A stretch of DNA of 64,000 nt from Candidatus Latescibacterota bacterium (lineage in GTDB: Bacteria > Latescibacterota > UBA2968 > UBA8231): assembly GCA_965223905.1 (NCBI GenBank), contig CBDCXV010000010.1, positions 1,888,001 through 1,952,000 of the forward strand, read 5' to 3'. Positions 40,512 through 51,827 of the stretch are shown piece after piece. Below the pieces are notes generated by a model, which was not told the DNA's origin, did no database searches, and worked only from the letters and a program-made list of their open reading frames with translations. Position 1 is the first letter of the stretch. The number at the start of each line of letters is the position of its first letter. A program made the position numbers and the translations under genes.

Positions 40512-42185
40512 ATGCGCGCTTTTTCTCTCTTCTACGGAGCGCTAGTGGCGAAAGCGGGCTGCGTGTCAGTGGCTCTCCTCTTGGCTTTCGCTGGCTGCGG
40601 ACCCCAGGATGAGAATCCCACGGTCGCGGAGGTCGGAGACCGGGCGATCACGGCCCAGGATGTGCAGGCTTTCATCGACAGACTGCCCGAGAACGCCGGT
40701 GGCGAAGGGGCCGGAAAGGAGCAGCTGAGAGACCATCTGCAGACCATCATCGACTTTGAGCTGATGCTGATGGAAGCCCGAAGCCAGGGCATCGAGAGGA
40801 GTTCCGCCTACCTGACCAGGATGGACCGGATCAGGAAGTCGAAGCTCGTCGGCGAGTACGAGCGAAGGTTTATCGACACAACGCTACAAGAGGGCGAAGT
40901 AGAGGAGTACATAGAGCGGGAGAACCTCGCGCGCGCCATCAAACTGGCCGACATCCTGGTGGCCGACCTCGAGACGGCTGAGCAGGCTGTGAGGGAGATC
41001 GAGTCAGGGGCGAGTTTCGCCGACGTCGCCAGGAAGCTGTCGATGAACGAGCAGACGGCTGCCCGGGGCGGGGACACGGGCCGTTTCCGGACCAGGGACC
41101 AGCTGTTTCCCTCCCTCGCCGAGGAGCTGTTCGGGCTCGAGGTGGGCTCGGTGTCAGATCCGGTGCGAATCGGGAACCGTTACGCCGTCTTCAAGATCCT
41201 CGATGACACGACGGCTCAGCTCAATCGGGGGCAGTTGACGAAGATCGCCGAAAACCTTCAGAGAGAGAAATACAGAGTCGCGAAAGCCGAGCTGGTGGCT
41301 GAACTGACCGATCAATACAGCCTCGAGCCGGTCCCGGACGGCATCGCCGCCTGCGTCGAGGCACTGCGCGCCGGCGCGGGGGACCTCGGCCACGACCCGT
41401 CCGCGATCGTCCTCTTCAGGTACGACGGCGGAGAGGTCACAGCTGCCGACCTGATCGTCGCGGCCAGAGGCCGCAAGGGCACCGTCCTGGAGTCACTCCG
41501 AGACCCTGAGCAGGTGGTCTCCTTTGCCGAGGAGAACATCATCCCGGACAAGATGATTCAGGAGGCGGCCGTGCGCCTGGGCATCGATCGGGAAGAGGCT
41601 GTGGTTCAATGGCTCGAACAGCAGGGGAAGCAGACATTGGCTGAAGCTCTCAGATCCTCCGTGTTGAGAGAGAGAGTGAATATCACCGAAGACGACCTGC
41701 GCCAGTATTACGAGGCCAATGCTGAGAGATTCCTGCACCCCGAACAAACAGAGGTACAGGAGATCCTCGTGGGAACAGAGGCAGAAGCACTACGGCTGAA
41801 AGCGATGATCGAAGACGGCGGCTCCTTTGGCGAGCTGGCGAACAAACATTCTATCCGGTCGCTGGAGGTGCGTGATGACGAGGGTCGATTCCACGTGCAC
41901 CGGCACGAATCGCCTCAGTTCGGCGGTTTCGTGGAGGCAGCGGTCGAGGCCGAAATCGGCGCGCTCACGGGACCGGTTGAGGTGCAGGAGGGCTACTCCA
42001 TCTTCAAGGTGCTCTCCAGGGAGCGCAAGCGCGAGACCTTCGACGAAGCTGAGTTCAGGGTCAAATCCCAGCTCAGACGAAAGACACACCGGGACGCGTT
42101 CAACGGGTATATGGAAGAACTGCGCAGCCGGTACGAGTCAGAGGTGGCGATTCACGAGGACAGGCTCGAGGCGGCAGACACCTGA
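40512..42185 (+). CDS. Two-domain parvulin-type peptidyl-prolyl isomerase lipoprotein (SurA/PrsA-like)
   Basis: FAGC lipobox; SFADVARKLS...RGGDTG and SFGELANKHS rotamase domains. Confidence 0.85.
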   Translation: MRAFSLFYGALVAKAGCVSVALLLAFAGCGPQDENPTVAEVGDRAITAQDVQAFIDRLPENAGGEGAGKEQLRDHLQTIIDFELMLMEARSQGIERSSAYLTRMDRIRKSKLVGEYERRFIDTTLQEGEVEEYIERENLARAIKLADILVADLETAEQAVREIESGASFADVARKLSMNEQTAARGGDTGRFRTRDQLFPSLAEELFGLEVGSVSDPVRIGNRYAVFKILDDTTAQLNRGQLTKIAENLQREKYRVAKAELVAELTDQYSLEPVPDGIAACVEALRAGAGDLGHDPSAIVLFRYDGGEVTAADLIVAARGRKGTVLESLRDPEQVVSFAEENIIPDKMIQEAAVRLGIDREEAVVQWLEQQGKQTLAEALRSSVLRERVNITEDDLRQYYEANAERFLHPEQTEVQEILVGTEAEALRLKAMIEDGGSFGELANKHSIRSLEVRDDEGRFHVHRHESPQFGGFVEAAVEAEIGALTGPVEVQEGYSIFKVLSRERKRETFDEAEFRVKSQLRRKTHRDAFNGYMEELRSRYESEVAIHEDRLEAADT

Positions 42186-42191
42186 CCCCAT

Positions 42192-45100
42192 CTACTGTTC
42201 CGCAACGCCCAGCGCGCCGATGGTGGCGCCGTCTTTGCCGGCGCCGATGTTCGGGCTGTCAGGCTTGAGGCGGAAGTCCCAGTTCTCAGGATCGACGTAA
42301 AGCGGGTCCTTGAAGATCGTGTGTCTGTCCTTGCCGGTGGTTTCCTGCCAGGCTTTCAGGCTGTTGAAGCGCTTCCCGTTCAAGCGGATCACCGCTTTTG
42401 AGCTGGCGGTACGAAGGAACGGGTCGGCGGGAACGATTTTGTCACCGGGATCCGGGCTCCCCAGAATCGTGGCGAGGTTGTTGTAGTCGCTGTCAAAACG
42501 TCTCGAGTTCTTTCTCGCTCTGGTAGGCGACAAGGTACTGATCATTGCCGCTGAAGCAGAAGGAGTTGTTGTGGCTCACGGTGCCCTCGGCCGAGTAGAC
42601 GAATTTGACGGCCCCGTACATGTTCCTCAGAATGGTGTTGTGCGTCACGCGCGAGTGAGGGCTCTGGAGCAGGTAGATGCCCTGTTCCATTTGGAAGATC
42701 ACGTTGTGGTCCGCCGTCACTCCCGGCGAGCGGTGGGCGAAGATGCCGGAGCCGACCGGCCAGCCCATCCAGAAATCGTTCCAGATGCGGCAGCCCTCGA
42801 CGGTTACGTGGGGGGAGTCGGCGATGTACACCCCGGCCCGCTTGTACCAGCGCAACTCCAGCCCGCGAATCACCACGTACGGTGCCTTGTCAAGACGCAG
42901 ACAGGCCTCGCTCTCGCGTCGCCCGTCGAGCACGACAGTGCCCGCACGCTCCGCCTCGATGGTGATGGGGGCGTCCTCGAGCCCGCCGTGGCTGAGCGTG
43001 GTCTCGCCAGCATAGAGTCCCGGAAGCAGAACCACCCGATCGCCGGGGAGGGCCCGTTCAACAGCGAACTGAAGCGTGCGCCAGGGCGCCTCTCGCGAGC
43101 CGCGTCCGTCCTCGTCCGTGCCCTCCGGGGAGACCCAGTAGGATGCCGGCGCACCCTGCAACGTGAAGCTGGCGTCGTCGGTCACGGTGCGATTCCCCAC
43201 CTCATCCTCAAGCACGAGGCGATAGTGGTAAGTCTGGCCGGGCGTGACGCGGGGCGGAAGCAGCGCGAGGAAGTTGGTTACGCGCGGTTTCGAGCGGATT
43301 TCGACCCAGTCCCCGCCGTCGGCCGCGATCCAGGAGCGCCGCATGTTCTTGGGTTGTTCGAACACCGAACCGTAGGTGGTATCCGCTCCGAACTCCACCT
43401 TCGCCAGACAGGGGACGTCCGTCTCGAATGAGATGACCACGCCGTTGGCATTCGCGTAGAGCACAGGCCCGGCCTTGAGCCGCGGGGCACTGGTGGCCGT
43501 CCGCAGCATGAGTGAAACCGGTTCACTCCAGTTTCCGGCCGCGTCCGTCACGCTGACGCTGACCGCGGTCGGGCCTGCGGTTCGAGGGAGCTTGACGCTC
43601 TTGCGCACGCCTCCGCGTCCGCGTCCGCCACGGACACGCTGACCGCGCAGGAACGGTTCGGGCTCGCCCCCCGGAGCGTTACCGACACGCACCTTCATGC
43701 GGACCGGCCTGCTCACGGCATCTTGCGCAGTGACTTTGAGAGTGACCTCGTCAGTAGGCGAGACCCATTCGTCCAGGCGCCCTTCGGGCGGCAGCGTGCG
43801 CACCAAGTTCCTCCCGCCCCCTTGCCAGGGGTCGCCCTCAAAGTAGAGTTCGCCGGACCCGCCGACACGAGATGCGGGCGGCTCGACGGCGACCTCCACG
43901 TCGGGGGGGCGCTTGTCCTCGAACTCCGGCCCCACTATTCCAAACGCCCCGGCTGACTCGCCGTTCGGGCCCATGCGGGCGCACGGACTCCCCGGCAGCA
44001 ACCGATAGTCTCCCGCAGCCTGGTTGGCGAACAGTGGGTCGGCGACGATTGTGTGCATGCCCGTGCCGACTCTCCGCGGTTCTTCGAGACACTCGTGCAG
44101 CGCACTCGTTTCGCGACTGTCCCAGAAGCAGTTGTAGTCGACCACGTTGGTCGGGTGGAGTATTTCGGGATGCAAAATCATCCGCGAGAACCCCGTGGCG
44201 ATGTTGTAACGGAACACGGACTTCGGACCCCAGCTTCTGCAGCCGATTCCGTAGGTGATGCCGTCCAGACACGTATTGTGCTCGACAATGAACTCACTGA
44301 CCTTGCACTTCACAAAGATGCCGCTGCCAAACCCCACAACCAGATTGCGGCGCACCTCGCCGCCGGAGGCCGGATAATAGTACTGAATGCCGCAGTCGTC
44401 TTGCGGATAGGCCGGGACCATGAAGCCGTCCGGATCTTGTAGAACCGGCAGTCCTCGACCACAGTCCCCGTGCCCATCGAGTACACCCCGCCCGCACAGT
44501 CGTCGGTCCGGCAGCGGACGAAGCGCGTGCCTGTCAGTCCAATTGCGTCGCTGATCTCGCTGACCATGACCTGGAACCCGCGTACGGAGTTCGAGACAGA
44601 GCAATCTTCAGCCGCGGTGTCCGCACCGCGCAGTTCGACCCCGGCCGAATAGCGCCATGCCAAGAAATTGCGGAATTGCAGTCCGCGGACAGTCACGTTC
44701 GGACGCCAGAGTGTGATGCCGTTCTGGTTCCTACTCATCGCCATGTCGTGGGCCGACGGCGGCCGGTTGTCGGACGTGTGGAAGTACGCTTCGGTGTTCG
44801 TATGCCAGAAACTCGCGGGGAACTGCTCGACCGCGGCCAGGTCGGCGACAAGCATGTAGCGCGTGCGCGTGTCCGCCTCCCACATGTGTGTACGGCGGTG
44901 GTAGCTGAATTGACCTTCGACCTTATAGATGCCGGGCTTGCCCGGTACCGGGTCGGCTTTGGTGATCTTCCGTCCCCCGTCCAACACGACGTCCTCGAAG
45001 CTGCCGTCCGGCTTCTTTGCAGCGCGGATCAGCAGGAGGGGTCGCGCTCCGCCCAGCCGGTCGTTGTGGTTGCCGACTTGCACGTCGCCGGGGTAGATGC

Positions 45101-45296
45101 CCTCGTGAATGATGATCTCGGACGGCTCTTTCTCCGGCAGCACAAGGTCAATCGCCTTCCTGACGGTCCGCACCGGCTTCTCTGCGCTGCCGGGATTCCC
45201 GTCATCGCCGTTGACGGCAACGTGCACGGTCGCCGCCGGCAGCCTCGCGGCCAGACATACGAGCAGACCCGCTGCTATGACCCACTCGTGTCCCAT
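42192..45296 (-). pseudogene. Secreted double right-handed beta-helix protein with two frameshifts
   Basis: VHVAVNGDDGNPGSAEKPVRT and WVSPEGTD..RGSREAPWRTLQ starts, DPLF..DYRL ends; frame breaks near 44430 and 42495. Confidence 0.7.
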
Positions 45297-45382
45297 TGTC
45301 GTCGTCCTCCGGTCCCGTTGTCACTGTACCCGGGATTCCCCATATGGCAGCAGTCACCGCGACGGCGCGCTGAACGATGTGC

Positions 45383-45410
45383 ACTATAGGCGCTCGGCAG
45401 ACAGTGTCAA
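45383..45410 (-). promoter_or_regulatory. Sigma70-like promoter for the beta-helix gene
   Basis: TTGACA-N16-TATAGT on the minus strand. Confidence 0.55.
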
Positions 45411-45865
45411 GCGCCGCCTCCGCCATCTGGAATGTCACGTATCGGGCATGACGCACGACCTTCGCGCCGATCTTGATCAACTTCTCCCGGAGCGTCGTCA
45501 GCGACCAGTGACGGACATTGCCCGGCAAGGCCAATCGCCGGACGAAGTTGGCCAGATTGTACGCCAGGGCGAAGAGCTGGAGTCGCACCTCGTTGTCCCG
45601 GAAGTCGTGGCAGGACAGCCGTGTCCATTTCACCGCGTACTTGCCCTCCTTGATCCACTGCTCAGCCGTGCCTCGCTTGTTGTAGACCCGAACCACCCGG
45701 TCCACACGCCACGGTAGATTCGTGACAATGAAGCCGACGCGTGGAAAGAGTTCCCCCGCGTGCCACTCCACCTTGGCCACCATGCGGCGGGACCTCTCCC
45801 AACTCTTCGCCTGGTACATGAAGCTTGCGTAAAACACCTTGGGCTTCCTTGACGGACGACCCACC
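45411..45865 (-). pseudogene. IS1380-family transposase internal/C-terminal fragment (different subtype from 1-1452)
   Basis: YQAKSW..RRMVAKVEWHAGELFPRVGFIVTNL...YNKRGTAEQWIKEGK...NEVRLQLFALAYNL. Confidence 0.88.
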
Positions 45866-46444
45866 GAAAAGCTGGCTGCCCTCGTACCCCCGCCACGGCT
45901 CAACCTGATTCGGTATCACGGCCTCCTGGCGCCCAACGCGCGAGACCGTGACCGCATCGTGCCGGGCGCCGACGACGAGCCCGAGGCGACTGGCGTATCC
46001 GCCCTACCACCGTGTCCTCACCGCCTGTCCTGGTGCCAGCTGTTGGCGCGCGTGTTCTCGATCGACATCAGCGAATGCCCCGCCTGCGGCGGCCGGATGA
46101 GGATCGTCGCCGCCCTGACCGAGCCGGCCTCGATCCGGTCCTATCTCGAAGGCGTCGGCCTGCCGGCGCGGCCGCCTCCGATCGCGCCGGCACGACCCGA
46201 GCTCGATTTCGCCGCCTGAGCGGACGCGCCTGGCGTGATCCGAACGGATCGATGCGCCCGGAAGGCCCGTTTTCAGGCTGGAAACGGGCTCGCAAGCGTC
46301 CATCGACCGGCTCGCAGGCCCTGATCCACCCCCAATCCACACGCCCATCGCGACCTGCACCCATCCCGCCGCTCACCACCCCTCTCGACACGATTCCGCC
46401 GCCGACCTAGACTAATCATAATTGCGGTTATCGGTCCTATACAT
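45866..46444 (+). mobile_element. IS91-family remnant D: tnp C-terminus (stop 46219) plus oriIS end
   Basis: EKLAALVPPPRLNLIRYHG...CPACGGRM; paralogue of 1766-2185; ends CATAATTGCGGTTATCGGTCCTATACAT. Confidence 0.85.
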
Positions 46445-46469
46445 AAGCATAGCGTCAATCCGCACATCC

Positions 46470-47999
46470 ATGTCCTCACCTTCGATGGAGTCTACAAAGT
46501 CTAGGTTGTTCTTGCGCAGATTTATTACGGCCATTTGTGTGGTTAACTGCGTCTCTCTTGTATCCATTGCCGCCGAGCCGGTGGACATCGGCTCGCACCG
46601 CGAGCTATTCGTCGATGACCATTTTGTCGAGAGGATCGAGGGCGATGCGCGGCTTGAATTGCAGCGGCCGGTGCCGCGGGATGTGGCGTTGGTCGCCGAC
46701 GCGCCGTGGGAGGGAAACACCAGTATGTACTACACGCTGTTTCGTGACAAAGATGCTTTCGGCGAGGACATCTGCCGCATGTACTACCGCGGCGCGAACT
46801 ACGACCTGGAGAAGCGCACCGGGACGCACAACCAGGTGGTCTGCTACGCCGAGAGCAAGGACGCCATCCACTGGACGAAGCCGAATCTGGGGCTAGTCGA
46901 ATTCGAGGGCTCGAAAGAGAACAACATTGTGTGGGACGGCGCCGGCGCCCACTGCTTTACTCCCTTCAAGGACACCAATCCGAACTGCCCACCCGGGTCC
47001 CGCTACAAGGCACTCTCGCAGGTCCACAAGAGCGGCAGGCCCCATCATGCGGTGCAAGGCGAAATGACCGTCTTCGCCTACAAGTCGCCCGACGGCATCC
47101 GGTGGACGATCAGCGACGGCCCGCTGATCACCAAGGGGGACTTCGATTCGCAGAACCTGGCCTTCTGGGATCCGCACGCCGGACTATACCGCGAATACCA
47201 CCGCGTCCGCTTTTTTCAAGATCCAAGTGGAGAGCTTGTCTTGGGCGGCATACGCGCTCGTCCGGGATTCCGGTCCATCATGACCTCCACGTCGAGCGAC
47301 TTTTTGAATTGGGTGACCTGGACCGAGCCGGAGCTGCTGGAATTCGACGATGACATCGGCCCGGAGCACCTGTACACGAACGCGGTGATGTCGTACCCCC
47401 GTGCGCCGCAGATCCTGATCGGCTTCCCCACCCGACTGCTTCCCGAGCAGAACAACCGCGTGGAGCCGATCCTGATGACCAGCCGCGACGGACGCAGGTT
47501 CAAGCGGTGGCCCGACCCGGTGATTCCCGAGGACGCGCCGGAGGAACGGGCCGGCAACCGCAGCAACTACATGGCCTGGGGGCTGGTGCCCACCCCGGGC
47601 AACGACCGCGAGTACTCGGTTTACGCCTCCGAAAACTACCTCTCCACGGCCCCCACCCGGCTACGGCGTTTCACGTACCGCCTCGACGGATTCGTGGCGC
47701 TGCGCGGCGGCGCGGATGGCGGCCAGCTCACCACAAGGCCGCTGTTGGTGGGCGGCGGGAAGCTGGAGATCAACTATGTGACCCGGCCCGGCGGCCACGT
47801 GCGGCTGGGGATCGAGGACGCCGACGGCCAGCCGCTGGCCAACTTTTCAGCCGCAGACTGCGACCCGCTCAAGGGCGACCAGATCGCAAAGCTCGTCACC
47901 TGGAAGGGTGATGGGCAGGGTCCGTTTCCCGGAAGGCCAGTGCGGGTGCGGTTTGAGGTCAAAGACGCGGACGTGTATTCGTTTCGGTTCAAGAATTGA
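46470..47999 (+). CDS. Secreted beta-propeller GH-like protein (distant relative of the 8160 family); start uncertain
   Basis: RELFVDD, PWEG, SxDGIxW, FDSQN, RLDGFV, ADVYSFRF. Confidence 0.7.
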   Translation: MSSPSMESTKSRLFLRRFITAICVVNCVSLVSIAAEPVDIGSHRELFVDDHFVERIEGDARLELQRPVPRDVALVADAPWEGNTSMYYTLFRDKDAFGEDICRMYYRGANYDLEKRTGTHNQVVCYAESKDAIHWTKPNLGLVEFEGSKENNIVWDGAGAHCFTPFKDTNPNCPPGSRYKALSQVHKSGRPHHAVQGEMTVFAYKSPDGIRWTISDGPLITKGDFDSQNLAFWDPHAGLYREYHRVRFFQDPSGELVLGGIRARPGFRSIMTSTSSDFLNWVTWTEPELLEFDDDIGPEHLYTNAVMSYPRAPQILIGFPTRLLPEQNNRVEPILMTSRDGRRFKRWPDPVIPEDAPEERAGNRSNYMAWGLVPTPGNDREYSVYASENYLSTAPTRLRRFTYRLDGFVALRGGADGGQLTTRPLLVGGGKLEINYVTRPGGHVRLGIEDADGQPLANFSAADCDPLKGDQIAKLVTWKGDGQGPFPGRPVRVRFEVKDADVYSFRFKN

Positions 48000-48131
48000 G
48001 CGACGTATTACTACGCTATGCCGAAGACAGCCATTGACACGGCCTGCCGACCGCATAGAATGCACATCGAACGGCACGCCGTCTCGGTAACGGCGGCAAG
48101 ATGGGAAATCCTGGGAGAAGGGGAGAAGAGG

Positions 48132-49614
48132 ATGGCAGACGCAACTGCGGCCCGGCCTGTCGGGACACGCAAACAGCTTCTGTTTGACCGTCGCTTCGTC
48201 GAGTCGTCCGAGGGTCTGCAGTTCACGGTCAATCCCCCCCTTCAGCGTACACCCGTCAATCTGCCGTCCCTCTGCGGCCTGCACCACAGCGGCGGTTTGA
48301 CGGTACTCGACGTCGACGGACGTCTATGGCTGTACTACCTCATGACTCCGAACGAGACGCGTGAGCCTGATGTTCTAGCGCAGATGTACTGCCTGGCCTA
48401 CTCGGACGACGGCATCGACTGGGAGCTGGCGCAGGTGGACCGGTTCGAGGTGGCGGGACTGGCTCGGAACAACGTGGTCATGCCCGGCGCGGCCGGTAAC
48501 GGTGTTCCTCGACCCCCAGGAGACGTGCGGTTGCCGATTCTGGTTCGCGGGATCCCTGGGCGAGCGCACCGAGCCGCCGATCTGGGACGAGGGCCGGGGC
48601 GCGTACTTCGGCTACTTCGACAACCGCCGAGTAGTCCATGGCGCGGTCTATCTGCTCCACTCCGAGGACGGCATATCGTGGCGCCGGCTGCGAAGCGGCG
48701 TCGTGGTTCCCTTCCGCTGCGACACGCAGAACCAGGTCCTCTACGATGCCGGCGCCGGCGCCTACGTCGCATATCTGCGCGGCGCGGCGGCCGCGGGTAC
48801 GTGGGGGGCCCGGGCTGGGGGAGAAGGCGGACGGTCGCCCGCCTGACCTCGCCCGAGCTCACGCAGTTGCCGTTCGACTTCCGTGAGGACACGACGCTGC
48901 CCAGGAGCCCGGTCGGGCTTTAGGACCGGCTGCCGCCGCAGTGCGCGCCGGTGGTCAGGCGGGTGACGAGCGCGATCCGCCGGCCACGGACGTCTACACG
49001 CCCTGCGTCAAACCCGTACGTATGGGCGGACGACGCCATCTTTGCCTTCCCATCCGTGTTCCGGCAGTACGACGGGCAGGACAGCCATGGGCGGGACCAT
49101 CGAGGGCACGCCCTACGTTGGTCCTGGTCTGATAGACGAGCCGCAGCTCGGAGGGATGGTCTACATGGGAGTAGGGCTGGTCCGGCGGGGGAACTTCATC
49201 TACCAGTACTACACCGAGGATGCGCGCACCCACAATCTCCCCCGTCTCCAGCACGGCGGCGTGCGCATCTGGCAGGCCAAACAGCGTCTGGACGGTTTCG
49301 TCTCGGCGGACATCGGGCCGGCTGGCGGACATCTCGTCACGCCACCGATCGTGTTTGCAGGGAACCGTCTGCAGCTGAACATCGACTGTGGTGCGACGGG
49401 CGAAGCGTGGGTCGAACTCCAGGATGAAACCGGCAAGCCGTTAGCCGGGTAGACCTTCGAGGACGCCGTTTCGCTGGACCGGAACGGTGTCGCGCAGGAG
49501 GTCTGGTGGCGGCCCGGCCCGGACGTCGGCTCGCTGAGGGGCCGGCCTGTCAGGTTGCGCGTCACGATGCGTTCGTTGAAGCTCTACGCCTTCCAGTTCG
49601 TGGAGGCCGGCTGA
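48132..49614 (+). pseudogene. Beta-propeller GH-like paralogue 3, degraded
   Basis: Aligns to 8160-9719 with several indels, TAC>TAG at 48921 and 49450, and a 74-bp deletion between GCA microhomologies near 49108. Confidence 0.85.
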
Positions 49615-49718
49615 AGGGGGCGCGCCGAGCGGCGATTCTTGAAAAGGCACCGCGGTCCGGTTGGCCGGTCGCTCATATGGCAGATTCCCGACGCACCGTC
49701 CGAAAGGAGATAGCTCAC

Positions 49719-51746
49719 ATGAAGAAGGCAATGCTTGTCATTGTGGCGGCGCTTGTAGTAGCGCTCGCTCTGCTGTTTTCCTGCGGCCGGGAAGAAAGCC
49801 ACGCACCCACCGGCGAACGGGACGCGGCGGGGGCCGCGGTGTCCACCAACGAGCTCGGAAAGGTCGTGAACAAGAGCTACGAGTCCGTGGATCCCAGGAC
49901 CGGGGATACGGGAACGGTCGAGATTGAGCGGTTTCAGGCCTCTCCCATGTGGAAGGAGATGGTTGAGGCCGGCAAGCTCCCACCCATAGACGAGCGATTG
50001 CCTGAAGAGCCCCTGGTTATCAAGCCGATCGAGAGCATCGGGAAGTACGGCGGCTGGATGGTGAACCTGCGGACCGCCCAGCGCCGTGCCTGGTCAAGAA
50101 ATCTGCAGTACGAGTGGCTGGTCAGCTGGACCTATCCCTACTTCGAGCGCCTGAACCCCAACGTGGCCAAGGGTTGGGAAGTCTCCCCCGACACGCGAAA
50201 GACGACTTTCTTCCTGCGCAAAGGCATGAAGTGGAGCGACGGAACGCCCTTCACCGCCGACGCGATCACCTGGTGGTTCGACCACATCATCCTCAACGAC
50301 GAGCTCTACCCAATCAAACCGGGGGTGTTCATGACCAGGGGGAACCTGCCCACCGTCCGCAGGCTCAACGAAACCACGGTCGAGTTCGCATTCACGGATC
50401 CCCACCCCATGTTCGTGGAGAGCATGGCCCGGTGCCGGCCCATGCCGTACGCACCCGGACACTACCTGGAGCAGTTCCATCCCGACTTTGCCGGGAAGGA
50501 AGACATAGAGAAGATGATGGAGGAAGGCGGCTTCGACATCTGGGCCGACTTCTTCCGCAGCAAGTGGGACTTCTACGGCAATCCCGATATTCCCACCATC
50601 AGCGGCTGGAAGGCGATCAACTACCAGGAAGAAGTGATCTTCAAGGTCGAGCGGAATCCTTACTACTGGAAGGTCGACACCGAAGGCAAGCAGTTGCCCT
50701 ACGCGGACGGCATGGAATACGCTTTGGTGCAAAACGCCGAGACATGGCTCTTGAAAGTAATGGCGGGTGAGCTCACCTGGGCTTTCGGCAGCTCCATTGG
50801 CGGATTGGCCAACCTGCCGCTCGTGCTGCAGAACCAGGACAGGGGAAACTACCGGGTCGTGAACCCATATTGGCCCCCCAACAACGTCTGCACCACGTAC
50901 TTCAATTTCGTCAATTCTAATCCCGCAAAGAGGAAGATCATCAACGACCGGAAGTTCCGTCTTGCCCTGCTCAAGGCCATCGACTGGGAAGAGGTGAACG
51001 AGATCATTTACGACGGCGGCGCCGTGCCGACGTGGCCGCGATCAGTGGCGCCGTACGATCCGGATAGCCCTCTGTTCCAGACCCACATCGGCCGGGACAT
51101 CAGCGAAGCCAATCGGCTTCTGGATGAGATGGGTCTCACGGCCAGGGACAGCGACGGCTTCCGGCTCGGCCCGGACGGGAAGGAGCTCATCTTCGTGACG
51201 GTTACTATGACGAACTCGCCCCCCGAGGCCGCCGAGGTCGCTGAGCTCTATCGCGGGTACTGGCGGGAAGTGGGCATCAGGACCGTGGTCAAGTCGCAGA
51301 GCCCCCAGTTCGTCACGGAGATGATGCTAGCGGGTGAGTACGATCTCCACCTGCGCTGGGGGGCCCCGGGCGGGCGTCCCATGAACGTCTTCACTCGCGG
51401 GCAGTTGCTTCCCATCCATGGGTGGTGGTTGGTTTGCCCCCCGTGGGGCAGGTGGACGTCCAGCGGCGGCGAGGAAGGTGAGGAGCCGCCGGAGTACATC
51501 AAGCGGCTCTACGCGATCTACGAAGAGGGCATGGTCGAGCTGTCGGACGCGAAGCGCAAGGATCTCGTCATGGAGGCATTCAAGATCTACGTTGACCATC
51601 TCCTGATGCTTCCGGGATTCGAAGCGAAGCGAGCCACGTACACCGTGGTGACGAAATCGCTGCGGAACTTCAGTGTGAACGACGAGCCGTATGGAACAAC
51701 GGAGTTCCCCATTATTCCCTCGCAGACTTTCTATTTCGACGACTAG
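49719..51746 (+). CDS. ABC transporter substrate-binding lipoprotein (family 5)
   Basis: LFSC lipobox; GKLPPIDERLPEEP; LRKGMKWSDGTPFTAD. Confidence 0.92.
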   Translation: MKKAMLVIVAALVVALALLFSCGREESHAPTGERDAAGAAVSTNELGKVVNKSYESVDPRTGDTGTVEIERFQASPMWKEMVEAGKLPPIDERLPEEPLVIKPIESIGKYGGWMVNLRTAQRRAWSRNLQYEWLVSWTYPYFERLNPNVAKGWEVSPDTRKTTFFLRKGMKWSDGTPFTADAITWWFDHIILNDELYPIKPGVFMTRGNLPTVRRLNETTVEFAFTDPHPMFVESMARCRPMPYAPGHYLEQFHPDFAGKEDIEKMMEEGGFDIWADFFRSKWDFYGNPDIPTISGWKAINYQEEVIFKVERNPYYWKVDTEGKQLPYADGMEYALVQNAETWLLKVMAGELTWAFGSSIGGLANLPLVLQNQDRGNYRVVNPYWPPNNVCTTYFNFVNSNPAKRKIINDRKFRLALLKAIDWEEVNEIIYDGGAVPTWPRSVAPYDPDSPLFQTHIGRDISEANRLLDEMGLTARDSDGFRLGPDGKELIFVTVTMTNSPPEAAEVAELYRGYWREVGIRTVVKSQSPQFVTEMMLAGEYDLHLRWGAPGGRPMNVFTRGQLLPIHGWWLVCPPWGRWTSSGGEEGEEPPEYIKRLYAIYEEGMVELSDAKRKDLVMEAFKIYVDHLLMLPGFEAKRATYTVVTKSLRNFSVNDEPYGTTEFPIIPSQTFYFDD

Positions 51747-51827
51747 ACTGCCCCTACTGGGGACAACCTTCGGGTTGTCTCTGGTGTTTCGTGTCACTGC
51801 ACAGATCGTCCGGAGACAAGCTTTGTC

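Noticed and set aside
48921-49452. TAG recoding (two TAC>TAG at Tyr positions)
   Set aside because: The same copy has frameshifts and a deletion, and TAG ends intact genes here (e.g. 35979, 51746).
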